DNA of 64,000 bases from Histomonas meleagridis 2922-C6/04-290x (lineage: Eukaryota > Protista > Parabasalia), in assembly GCA_020184695.1 (NCBI GenBank), contig JAANOX010000236.1:62001-126000 (forward strand). The letters are read 5' to 3'. Made by a program: the position numbers and the translations under genes. This document shows positions 40,693 through 51,600 of this stretch, piece by piece. Below the pieces are notes generated by a model, which saw only the letters and a program-made list of their open reading frames with translations, made no database searches and was not told the origin of the DNA. How positions within the stretch are numbered: the first letter of the stretch is position 1; every line of letters starts with the position of its first letter.

Positions 40693-42108
40693 ATGTTTTT
40701 GCAATCTTTTAACAAAACCATTACTGGTTTTAGTGCAGTCAGACAAGTGCAATGCAGTCCGTTATTATCTATTTCAGTATTATCAATTTTAACAAAATAT
40801 AATATTTATCAAACACATTATTCTAATTCTTATTCTAACTTTATAAATGCACACCTAAATTCACGCGCCCAGATCGAAATCAGCAAGTCATCTTTTTTAA
40901 ATTTATTTTCTACATCAATTAAATTTGCATCTTTAGATCCATTATATCATGATGTAACTTTTAATCAAGGTCTACAATTTACAGATCAACCAGTTGTCAA
41001 AATGGTTTCTGTTAATTTTGTAAATTGTCTTTCAACAAGTAATGGTGGTGCAATTTCAGCCACAAACACAGAACTTCTACTTTATAGTGTTTTTTTCTCC
41101 AACTGTTTATCATCACAAAATGGCGGTGGTATATATCAAAATGGCGGAGAGCTTACAATTAACTCATGTCGATTCACAGAGTGTAAAGCAGAGCTTAATG
41201 GCGATGACATTTATAAAATGGGCACTGAACTTATGTATGTATATCGTACGGAATTTATTCATATTAATTCACATGGTAACAACAATAACATATATTCAGA
41301 AGCAATGATAAACTTCAATTATGTTGTTTTTACCATCGAAGAAGGCTATTGCGCTGTTTATTGCTCACAACTTTTAATTAATAATGGATATACAAATGTA
41401 ACAAGTGATTTTGAAACTTCATTGTTTGTATCATCTCAATCGCCTGCAGTCATTCGAAACTTTGAATATCAATCAGATACAACATCAGTAAAAAAAGCGA
41501 GTTCAGCTACATTCGCAAGCACATTAACATTCACTAGTTCGGCTACATTTTCAGACACATATACATTCACAGATTCACAAACATTTACGCAGTCAAATAC
41601 ATTTTCACAAACAAATTCATTTAGCGATACATATACATTCACTCCTTCAAATCAATTTACTGGAACATCAACTTTTAGTGGATCACAAACATTTTCGCAA
41701 TCAAATACATTTTCGCAATCAAACACATTTTCTCAATCAAATACATTCTCTGCTTCAAGTAGTTTTTCTGATACATATACATTTTCTCCTTCAAATATAT
41801 TCTCTCCTTCATTAACATTTACACCATCACGTTCGCCAACTCCTCCGCCAACACCAATGCCAACTGCGACGCCGACACCAGAAACTCCACCACCAACAGA
41901 AACACCATCGCCTCAGCCAACACCAATGCCAACTGCTTCACCTTATCCAGAACCAACAGTGGAACCAAGAACTTGGGAATTTAGCTCACTCGGAATTGGA
42001 CTTTTGGTTTTGGGTATTTTGATGTTATTAATTGGATTGATATTAAACATCATGCTGTGCGTTAATATGATCCAAAATAACGAAATTATACTAACACAGA
42101 AATTGTAA
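40693..42108 (+). CDS. Pmp-like (GGA(I)/FxxC motif) surface protein with S/T and Pro-rich stalk and C-terminal TM
   Basis: FVNCLSTSNGGAI, FSNCLSSQNGGGIY, FTECKAELNGDDIY; FSQSNT repeats; PTPMPTATPTP; TM IGLLVLGILMLLIGLIL. Confidence 0.75.
   Translation: MFLQSFNKTITGFSAVRQVQCSPLLSISVLSILTKYNIYQTHYSNSYSNFINAHLNSRAQIEISKSSFLNLFSTSIKFASLDPLYHDVTFNQGLQFTDQPVVKMVSVNFVNCLSTSNGGAISATNTELLLYSVFFSNCLSSQNGGGIYQNGGELTINSCRFTECKAELNGDDIYKMGTELMYVYRTEFIHINSHGNNNNIYSEAMINFNYVVFTIEEGYCAVYCSQLLINNGYTNVTSDFETSLFVSSQSPAVIRNFEYQSDTTSVKKASSATFASTLTFTSSATFSDTYTFTDSQTFTQSNTFSQTNSFSDTYTFTPSNQFTGTSTFSGSQTFSQSNTFSQSNTFSQSNTFSASSSFSDTYTFSPSNIFSPSLTFTPSRSPTPPPTPMPTATPTPETPPPTETPSPQPTPMPTASPYPEPTVEPRTWEFSSLGIGLLVLGILMLLIGLILNIMLCVNMIQNNEIILTQKL
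41520..41830 (+). repeat. Degenerate 18-bp coding repeats (FSQSNT/FSDTYT)
   Basis: ACATTTTCGCAATCAAAT-like units through the stalk. Confidence 0.75.
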
Positions 42109-42495
42109 GAATAAATATTGTTTTCATGTTAAATGTTCTTATATTTAAAAGTGTTCCACATTTAAACTATGTAGAATTCATTTAAATATTTTACGTAAGT
42201 TAAAGATTAAATTTAAATTTATTGAAAAGTATAATTTGTTAAGGATGTAATAAATTTATGTAAAATTTGATTTTCTTTGACAATTAGTATGAATACTTGC
42301 AATCAATTGATTCATAATTTGTAAAACAAAAAGTGGTAAATGTCAAAATTTGACGTCAAATCACGTAACCAGTACCGACAGTTTTTTCTTGTTTTAAAAT
42401 TTTTTATTTGATATCAAATATTTGATTTTTTTAAAGTTAAGATAGGTATTATTAAATTAATATTCTTGTTGATAATAATTATGTTAGTATTCGAA

Positions 42496-42568
42496 GCTTC
42501 TGTAGCCCAGTGGTTAGAGCGTTCGCCTAGTAAGCGGAAGATCGCGAGTTCGACTCTCGCCAGAAGCA
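42496..42568 (+). tRNA. tRNA-Thr(AGT)
   Basis: GCTTCTG/CAGAAGC acceptor stem, TTCGC-CT AGT AA-GCGGA anticodon arm (42529-42531), GTTCGACT T-loop, 73 nt, T-run terminator downstream. Confidence 0.95.
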
Positions 42569-42697
42569 ATTTTTTTGTTTTTTCTGTAATTATCTTAATA
42601 AACAACAATTGGGCACAACAACTTAACTCAATTGAGTTAAATTTAATATAACGAATCATTTATTCATTAAATTTATGATAAGATTTTTATTAAACAT

Positions 42698-43645
42698 TCA
42701 TTGAAGTGCCTTAATTTGATTTAGCATTTGTTCTGTTTTTTGTGGGTAATCCATTTGTTGCATTTGCCTTTGCGGCATTCCCTGTTGCATCATTGGACTA
42801 CCGAGAGGCATTTGCCCCATTTGAGAGACGGGACTTCCTCTTCCGATCTGTGGCATCTGCTGCATCTGATTCATTGGCATTGAATTCATTGGTGGTGGAT
42901 ATTGCATTGGCGGTGGATAATATGGATACGGATATGGATATGGATTGCTGACTCTTGGCGGACTATATACATTGGTATCATTTGACTTTTGGTCTGCCTC
43001 AATGTAAATCGAGGGTGAAAATTGAACACCATCAATAGTCACAGGATTTATACTTGCAGCATTAGCATTCCGCATATCACAATATTGGATAATAAAATAA
43101 TTCTGTTGTGGTAATTCTGTGATTTGATATATTGGACCATATTTTTCCATCTCTGTTTTAATACGATCTTTGGAGAGTTTGGTGGCAGTGGGTGTTATTG
43201 GTGTAAGCATAATTTCCAAACTTGTCTGTCGTGGATCAATTCCCGAATATTCGGGCGGCTTATATGAAAATGATGTCACTGGAGTTCGTCCATGTAATGT
43301 AAGATTTTGGAGAGATTGGACAGCGTTTATGGCTGAACGAATATCGTAATAGGTAATAAATGCAATTCCTTTTTTTTCAATTAAATTTGTTGACATAGAG
43401 TATATCTCACCGTATGGCATGTATATTTGTTTAAACTCATCAAGTTTTAAATTATAGGGAAGATTTTTTATGAAAATTGCGTTTGAATGTTTTGGTGGTT
43501 GAGAAAATATTGGTTTCACAAAATGTTTTTGCTGTGGTTCTTGGTATTGATATGGCTGCTGAAAATTTGGAGGGTACCTATAGCCATATTGAGGACTGGG
43601 CGGATATCCTCCGGCTGACATTTTTGGTGCATCGGTAACCGTCAT
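42698..43645 (-). CDS. RRM RNA-binding protein, Mei2-like N-terminal RRMs
   Basis: AIFIKNLPY (RNP2), KGIAFITYYDIRSA (RNP1 of Mei2-like type), second RRM FIIQYCDMRNA; Q/P/M-rich tail. Start is 43645 or 43621. Confidence 0.75.
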   Translation of the reverse strand: MTVTDAPKMSAGGYPPSPQYGYRYPPNFQQPYQYQEPQQKHFVKPIFSQPPKHSNAIFIKNLPYNLKLDEFKQIYMPYGEIYSMSTNLIEKKGIAFITYYDIRSAINAVQSLQNLTLHGRTPVTSFSYKPPEYSGIDPRQTSLEIMLTPITPTATKLSKDRIKTEMEKYGPIYQITELPQQNYFIIQYCDMRNANAASINPVTIDGVQFSPSIYIEADQKSNDTNVYSPPRVSNPYPYPYPYYPPPMQYPPPMNSMPMNQMQQMPQIGRGSPVSQMGQMPLGSPMMQQGMPQRQMQQMDYPQKTEQMLNQIKALQ

Positions 43646-43669
43646 ATGAAATGTTATGTGAAATTATTT

Positions 43670-44146
43670 ATGGATATTATTACAGTACTTGAAGCAGCTC
43701 ATGCACCTTTAACATTGGATGAAATTAAGGAATATTCTGGTCCTATGTTTTCTCAGGATCGCTTGGAGTCTTTAGCACGATCTGGTGAAATAAAAAAGAT
43801 TGAAGGTTTTACTGATATTTATTTTGCTGTACCTCCTTCAATGAAAAAGAGTAGCACAGTGAGAAAGTGTCAATCACCAATGAAGCAAGGTGATAGAGCA
43901 AAATGTATACAACAAATTATTGATTTAAGAAATAAAATCATTAACGTTTCGCGCGAAATTGAATCTTTGTCAGCGAAAAAAGATCAGTTTCCAACTCAAG
44001 AACAGCTTGAAGGACATATGAAGAGATTACATAAATATAACGACAATAAAGATATAGGGCAACTGATCCTTGATCACTTGTCCAGAATGGAGAAAGTTAC
44101 TATACAATCTTTGTATGAGGAATACAATCTTGATCCGAAAGAATAA
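43670..44146 (+). CDS. Swi5/Sae3-like recombination mediator with N-terminal extension
   Basis: C-terminal HMKRLHKYNDNKDIGQLILDHLS...TIQSLYEEYNL matches the Swi5/Sae3 signature (H..LHEYN.IKD.GQ.L.G.LA). Likely ATG at 43670. Confidence 0.75.
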   Translation: MDIITVLEAAHAPLTLDEIKEYSGPMFSQDRLESLARSGEIKKIEGFTDIYFAVPPSMKKSSTVRKCQSPMKQGDRAKCIQQIIDLRNKIINVSREIESLSAKKDQFPTQEQLEGHMKRLHKYNDNKDIGQLILDHLSRMEKVTIQSLYEEYNLDPKE

Positions 44147-44815
44147 TCAATTACAGATATTTTTCAAATGAATCGATTTTTTATTTGGAGAACACATAAT
44201 TTACCATCTCTGATGTTCTATAAATAAATGCTTAAAAATTTGTTTTGATGTGTTAAACATATTTTATCATATTATAGAACAACTGATTATTTTACTTAAA
44301 AAAACAAGAACGAAACAGAAGGCGTTGAGTATTTTCCATAATCAGGCATTACTTAACTATTGTTACCCCACTTCAGCCACTTCCCATTTGAATGTTTTAG
44401 AATAGTTGAAAAATTTTGATTGCTTAATTTTAGGACTGTAAAGTTCAATATTTTCAATAACCTTCAAAATTTTTGCAACAACAAATAAAAATTTGTTTTT
44501 TCCAAATAATGATCCTAATAGCTCATGTTAGTGCGTTTGTTCCTCTAGCATACAATCAGCACATATTTGTTGGAGGTGAAAAATATTATGATTTACATTT
44601 TCATAATAAGAAACACATTAATTTGCAAGAAATTATATTTTTTGGTAATAAAATAAGGCAAACATGTTATCATGTTACTTATCCCTACCAGAAATTTTGT
44701 TCATAATGATTTCTAGTCACCAAAATACACAGCTGTCGATTGTAAAAATAAAATCTTTATTTTATCAGAATTTCTTTAAATTCTTTATTTTTTTTTTCCA
44801 AGAAACGATATTAAT

Positions 44816-46508
44816 TTGATCATAATGATTTTTGCAATAATAATAATAATCATATTGATTTTCCAATTCAAATTTAACTGTTTTCCTGAAATTTATTTTA
44901 TGAATAATATTAATATTAAAAAAAAATATATTTCATTCTTATTTTTATTATTCTTTGTTAAAACATTTCAAACATTTGATGAAACAAAAAATACTCTTAC
45001 AATAACTCAAACAAGTGAATTTACAGATGATTATAAAAATGTTGCTGAACATGTTATAGTTTCTGGTGTAGAAATTATTTAGGATGCTTTTTATCAATGG
45101 ACTTTATTATTAACTGCAAAAATTGGAGACTCAGTTGTTAGAGTTTTATCATCTGCATTTAAATATTGTTCTAATTCAGAAAAAGTTGAATTTGGGAAAA
45201 ATTTGGAAACATTATATTATAATTCTTTTTGCGGGTGCAAATTTGTAAATATTATAATTCCAAGCACAATTTGTGCTACCAGAGCGCAATTTGTGCGTGC
45301 AATGAACTTGAAACTGTTATTATTGAAGAAGGCTTAACGACACTTGGAGATTATGCTTTTCAATCCTGTATAAAATTAAAAAATGTAAATATTCCAAGTT
45401 CTGTACAAAAAATTTCTACAAATCCATTTAATAGATGTACTAGTCTGCAATTTATCAATGTTTCAAAAGAAAGTCAATACTTTGCAAATTATAATAATGA
45501 TGGTATTTTATATGATAAAGGCATCTCAAAACTCATTAGTTATCCAATTGGAATTCTAGCAAAAAAATTTACAATTCCACTTCCTGTCACTTCTATAGAG
45601 ATGATGGCATTTCAAATATGTTCAACAATAGAGACTGTTATTATTGGGGAAAATGTTAATTCAATAGGAACGAATGCATTTTTTAGCTGTTCTTCCCTTA
45701 AATGTATTTATTTCTATGGGGAAAAACAACCAACCATAAGTTATAAAGCAATTTCTTCTATTCTAGCAACATCAGTTATGGTAACAGAAATATATCAAAA
45801 TAATACATTTGGTGATTTAAGTATTGTCAAAGGAATAATTGATGAATGTATTCCAATGACCAATACATTTTCTAAATCAAATACATTTACGAAATCAAAT
45901 ACATTTTCTAATCAAATATACTTACGAAATCAAATACATTTTCTAAATCAAATATATTTACTAAATCAAATACATTTACTAAATCAAATACATTTATTCA
46001 TTTGTTACAAATGGAAACAACTTTTTCTCATTCTTTTAGGTGAGCTCATTCAATGACAATAATAATAACATTTACTGTTAATAACTCATATTCTATAAAT
46101 ACATACTTATTATCTATGATTGGTTCAACATATACATATGTTATAACAAATTTCGTTTTTTACGAATATACTGTCATTTTTTACAAATCTGAGATCGAAT
46201 TTTATTCAATTTATTTCACTATTTTTTATAAACAAATGGCACCAAACGAAAATAATACTCCAATAAATCTAATAATTATTGTTGTATGCGTTATAGTAGT
46301 GATTATTATTATTATTTCATTAATTATTGTTTTTATTATTCGTAAACATAATAAAAAAGAAACGATTTCAGAACAATTTATGTCAAACGAAGAAATCGAA
46401 CAAAACAACATTGAAATCAATCGTCATTTTAATGACAAAAAAACAAGTTCTATAGAAGAAGATCCTTTTGCTATTGATTTTAGAGAAAATAATTTTGTTA
46501 ACATATAA
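44816..46508 (+). pseudogene. Disrupted BspA-like gene
   Basis: Same architecture as 30199-33042 (TKNTLTI..AEHVIVSGV, LRRs, TKSNTF repeats, TM, EEDPFAIDFREN). Lesions: TAG at 45080, frameshift near 45272, 1-nt loss near 45909, TGA at 46041. Confidence 0.8.
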
Positions 46509-46863
46509 AATTTCGTTTTTTAGGGATCTAAAAAACATATATATGAATTTACAATAATTTTTCTTGTATTTATTTATTTATTATCATCAGAAATGTTCCT
46601 AATGAATAACAAGACAAAATATTATTTTTATATTGAATATTTAGAAAACAAGGATATCATTATCCTTATAATATCTTCTATATTATAAAATTTTGTTATT
46701 TAAAACAGTGTTAAAATATAAAAATCATAAGTGATGATGATCGACCTAATAGTTTCACTCAAAAACTGCACAAAAAAAACTTGTTTGACACTTTTTTATT
46801 CCAACTATTCAATAATATATTTATCGTTTGGCATATTTTACCCTTTTACCCTTCAATAACTCA

Positions 46864-48063
46864 ATGAGTGGAAAGTCAAATTGCGTTTTTATCGCACCAA
46901 AACTATCTTTAACAGATTTAATGACAATAACAATTTCTAAGAAATCACCTGAAAATTCACTTGTACCCATTAAAATTTTTGTTAATTCCAATAGAAAAGA
47001 ATTTCAAGCTCGTTTAATCTCTGATCGCATAGTATATGAAATAGATGACAGCCTTAGTAACTTGCCAGATGCAGAAACATTAAAAATAGAAACAGAAACC
47101 AATGAAATCATTGAATTTCAATTATCACATTTAATCTTTCTCGGGCCAACAAAATTTGCTGATCTTCCACCTGACATATATGCACTCGAATTTCCAAGTG
47201 GTCTTTATGTTCGCCAAAATGATTTCCATGAAAGTTCTGTTTCCTTTTCTATCGATTCCAAATCAGTTACAATTCTCGATTATAACAATCTTGAAAGCCT
47301 TCAAACACAACTTGGTAATCTTATACGGGCAAAAGAGCAACTTGAGCAAACCAAAACCCAACTTAAAAATTCAGGAATTGATCTTGAACAACTTTCCAAT
47401 CTCAAAACACAAGTTGAACATGCAATGCGCGAAAAGCGTTCTGCTCAATATCGCCTTACTCAACAAAATCAAAAGATGACAGCTATGACTCTTCACTCCA
47501 AAAACGAAACTGAATATTTCTCAGCGATCAACTCACTTGTTACTCACCTTGAATCCAACAAATCTCTTCCTTCACCAACGCGCTTTCCACCGGAAAAATA
47601 TATTCGTCTTTTACGTTTTCGTGTTGCAGCTCTTGATGAGTTGAAAACGATTTTCCCATTTTCCGCAGCCGAGTCATCTCTTTGTTTGTCTCACTTCTAC
47701 GACGCTCCTCAAGGCATCCAATGGGATGAGAACCGTTCTTTCCTTGGCTTTGCGACGCATTATGTGAAAGAAGTCGCTCAAATTGTTGGGGTGCCCCTGC
47801 AGCATAAACTTTTTCCATTGGCAAAGTCATCAAAGATTATGAACAGACTCACAAACACAACTCGTCAAATTCCGAAAGGTGATGACGGGAAACAGATGGT
47901 TGCTTATGCGGCAATGCTAATTGAGTGCATTCAACAAATTCTAGAAGATCTAAAGGTGGAATATGTAGAGCCTGTAACAATAGTGAAAGGAATAGAATAC
48001 CTCTGGAATATAAATGAGGAAAACTTGAAATCATTGATTCCTTTTCAACCAACAAATATATAA
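46864..48063 (+). CDS. UVRAG/Vps38/ATG14-like coiled-coil protein (class III PI3K complex)
   Basis: Coiled coil, then RVAALDELKTIFPF and FLGFATHYVKEVAQIVGVPLQHKL..SSKI, resembling UVRAG LSELSYIYPI / ALGYTAHLV..LQVPLRY..S.I. Confidence 0.65.
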   Translation: MSGKSNCVFIAPKLSLTDLMTITISKKSPENSLVPIKIFVNSNRKEFQARLISDRIVYEIDDSLSNLPDAETLKIETETNEIIEFQLSHLIFLGPTKFADLPPDIYALEFPSGLYVRQNDFHESSVSFSIDSKSVTILDYNNLESLQTQLGNLIRAKEQLEQTKTQLKNSGIDLEQLSNLKTQVEHAMREKRSAQYRLTQQNQKMTAMTLHSKNETEYFSAINSLVTHLESNKSLPSPTRFPPEKYIRLLRFRVAALDELKTIFPFSAAESSLCLSHFYDAPQGIQWDENRSFLGFATHYVKEVAQIVGVPLQHKLFPLAKSSKIMNRLTNTTRQIPKGDDGKQMVAYAAMLIECIQQILEDLKVEYVEPVTIVKGIEYLWNINEENLKSLIPFQPTNI

Positions 48064-48674
48064 ACTTGATAAAACTATTCCAATGCGAAAATTTAATAAA
48101 ATATTATTATCAAAAGTGTTTTTTAAAATAAAAAATTGTTTTGGCAATTAATGAACAACATCAAAAGCAAAATTTATGAAAAAATTGTTTGAAGTACCAC
48201 AAGAATCAAAAAAGAAACTTCTGTCATAATTCATAATGTAAAGGGAGAGTGTGTTTGGTGAGAGTCAAATATTTGAAATTTTCAGAGTATATTACTCAAT
48301 GAAACGAAGGAGAGTGGAAATTCTTTAATTCCAGAAGATAAAAAGCACTTACAGAAGAATCTGGTTCCAAAGAATTATCAAATTTTCCAAGTTCATAAAC
48401 AGATACACAAAGATCACCAGTCATTACATTTAATATTATGCTGACTTATTTTCCTTTACAAAGAAGGATTTCTTCCATATATAGAAGTTTTCTCTTTATA
48501 CAGGTTAAAGCTTGAGTATCGGTGATTTATTTTTGTGAGGTGAAAAGCGCCGATACTTATTTTTGCCACACAAATCGGATAACCGATAGAAAATTTCGTA
48601 TTGAATTTTTTACTGCACCCTTTGAAATTTGTTAAAGCACTTTTTTAATAAAGGAACGGTTGGTCAAAGGATGA

Positions 48675-51600
48675 ATGAGAGATTTATCAGAGAATTGGAT
48701 CACAAATTTATTATCAGTATCAAACTCCAGCGCCATAGAAGACCACTGTAATAAGCTTGTGTCTAAGATTCATTCTATTCATGAAGGTAATTTATCAAAT
48801 TTTGTTGATGAAAGTGTCGATGATTTTCTTGAATTAACATCACCACAAATCATCATTGCAATTTTGAGTTCAAATCCGAATAACAAAGAGCATGCTATTT
48901 TATTGAATAAGATTTTAGAAACATATTTATCGATTGTTCCTGATATATTCTTTACTAATCATCCAAAGTTTATAGCGTCTGCATTAAAATGTATTGAGAG
49001 AGAAGATTATATGTTTTATACTAACACCGATTTAATCTTTTTTTATACAAATCTTAAAGAATTCATCAATTCAAATATACTTTTAATCATAACAGATCAT
49101 TTTGAAAATGATATAAATATAAATTTCGAAGTTGCTCACTCAGCACTTAAGTTAACATTTTATTTTAAAAATCGATGGGATAAAACGCAATATATGAAAT
49201 TATTAAATACATTTCTTCAATGGTTAACAAATTTAATTAATAATTTAGATCGAAATAATTTACGTGATTTTAATGATAAACAAATTATTAATATATTTAA
49301 TTTATTATTTTCAAATATTGATAATAATAACGAAACATATAATGTTATTCAAAATTTACAAATAAAATTTTGTATCGAAATGTTAAATTCGAACTTATTA
49401 AGTAAACAATTTAATTCATTACATATGTTACGAAACAAACGGAATTTATCAAATGATTTATTAAAAGAATTACAAAACAATAAAGTAATTGATAATTTAA
49501 TGGATAATTTACATAATGATTTACTTAAAAACTTTTATTGGTTATTTGAACTTATGTTAAAAAAAGAATTATTAACTATTGAACAATTATCGAAATTTTG
49601 GAATATCACTGTTACAAGATTTAGTTCTTCATTAGATTCATGGGTAACGATTTATTCTAATTTACCAACGAATATGTCGAATGAGTTTTGGACAATTATA
49701 TCTAAAACAGAACTATTTCCATTTCAAATATTTTCATTTCTACGTAAACTCGTTGGCTTTACTAAAGATAAAGAGAAAATGTTAATATTCGAATACATAT
49801 ACAAGTTAATATTTCAAGAAAAAACAGAATATTATGAATATGAAAACTCTTTAATTGAAACAATTCCATATTTTATACCAAATAATAAAGAATTTCGAAT
49901 TGACATTAAAAATCGATGTTTAAATTTATTACAAAATAAAACGAAAATTCGAGTTGCGTTAAATATATTAAAGAAAATCGCATTAAATTTTAATGAAAAC
50001 GAATCAATTGATATGTTTCATCAATTTTTAAATGTTCATCCTGACTTTGATATAGAAACAAATGAATATTTTAATTTCTTATTAATTAACTTAAGACATT
50101 TTAATCATCCATTAAATGAAGATGAATCGAATCAATTTGAACAATTATTAATATCAATTATTGAAACAAAACAAAATTTAATACAGAAATTTTTCGAAGA
50201 TATTTCAAAAACAGAAAAAATTATATTTTCTGATGATTTTTTTATAAGTTTTTTATCGAAAATATGTGAATTATCAGATATTAAAAACGAGTCATTTTAT
50301 TCATTAATAATTTCATTATTTAAACAAGCGAATTATCGATATTTTGAAGAAAGAATAAATACAATAAATATCATACAAAAAGATTTAGTAGCCATTGATT
50401 ACATATGGAAATTTTTATATTTAACATCTTCAAAACAAATTGCGAAGTTTTTATCAATATTATATTTACGTAATAATAATTATAACACCGCGAATTTATA
50501 TATCGAAAGATGTTTTAAAGAACCACTTTCATATGGAAATTTATTATCATTAATATATTCTATTAAAACTAGAGAATCAATAATACCAAAAGACAAAAAA
50601 ATTAATGAATTTATTATTGACACTGATTTAATACCAATTAAAGTTTGTGGTTCTTATGTAGGTCAATTCGTATTTAAGTCACCGATATATTATTTTAAGT
50701 TAAAGAATAAAATTTCAAAGTTTTTTATAATCGAAAAAGATAAATTCGATATAAAAATTAATAATGTTCAACCAGAGATTTCAAGTTTAATAGAATTAAA
50801 TAATGAAACTATTATAAATATTATAACAAAACAAAGAAATATATCAGAGCCTTTACGATTAATTAATTATTTGGCTCAAGAACATTCCCAAAAATTAATA
50901 AATTTGATTTCTAACAATCCAGATAAAAAATTATCGAAAATTTCATTAAAAATATTAAATTTAATACCTACAAATGAAACAGAAAAAGAAAATTTAATGA
51001 AAAATAATATAAATTGGAATGATATCTTTGATATATCCAATAAATATTTATTAATTTATCGATTAAATATCATTGGAAAATTAATACAAACGAATTGGGT
51101 ATATACGTTTATAAAAGAAGGTATTAATATATATTTACGAAAACTTATATTCGAAACAAAATTATATCAAAAACATCGAATTATATTAAAAATTATTACA
51201 ACGTTAATACATAATAAATATAATTTCTTTAATAATTTTTTAGAAGAAGATTTAATTAAAGTAATAAATATAATGAATGAAGAAATTAATAATAATAATA
51301 ATGAACAAATAATTGAAGACTTCTTAGTTATAATGCATTATATCATAAAAAAGAATTATTTCATTATACCAAATATATCAAATGAAATCGAACTAATGAA
51401 AAAGTTAATATTTCATTCGAATCCTAAAATGAGAAAATATATATTAAAAATGATCAATTTACGAAAAGAGAAAAAAGAAATATTAATACGAATATTACCA
51501 TTTTCTGATCATGAATATTGTTCCGAATATTTTAATTTATTAAAAGAAAATATATCGAAAGAAGATACTGAACTATATCATAAAATATTTAATTATTTAA

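Noticed and set aside
44473-44706. 77-aa ORF upstream of the BspA pseudogene
   Set aside because: TTG start and no recognisable domain; could be a decayed fragment but unsupported.
45267-45296. 10-nt direct repeat CAATTTGTGC with a 20-nt period at the BspA pseudogene frameshift; deleting ATTTGTGCTACCAGAGC (17 nt) would restore the frame
   Set aside because: The segment is GC-richer than the true inserts and appears to encode part of the LRR (YQSA). A 1- or 4-nt deletion fits the LRR consensus better, and the gene has other ordinary lesions.
48170-48520. Purine-rich, coding-like stretch between the UVRAG-like and USP genes
   Set aside because: It is broken by stops in every frame and I could not recognise a family. 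It may be an old pseudogene fragment.
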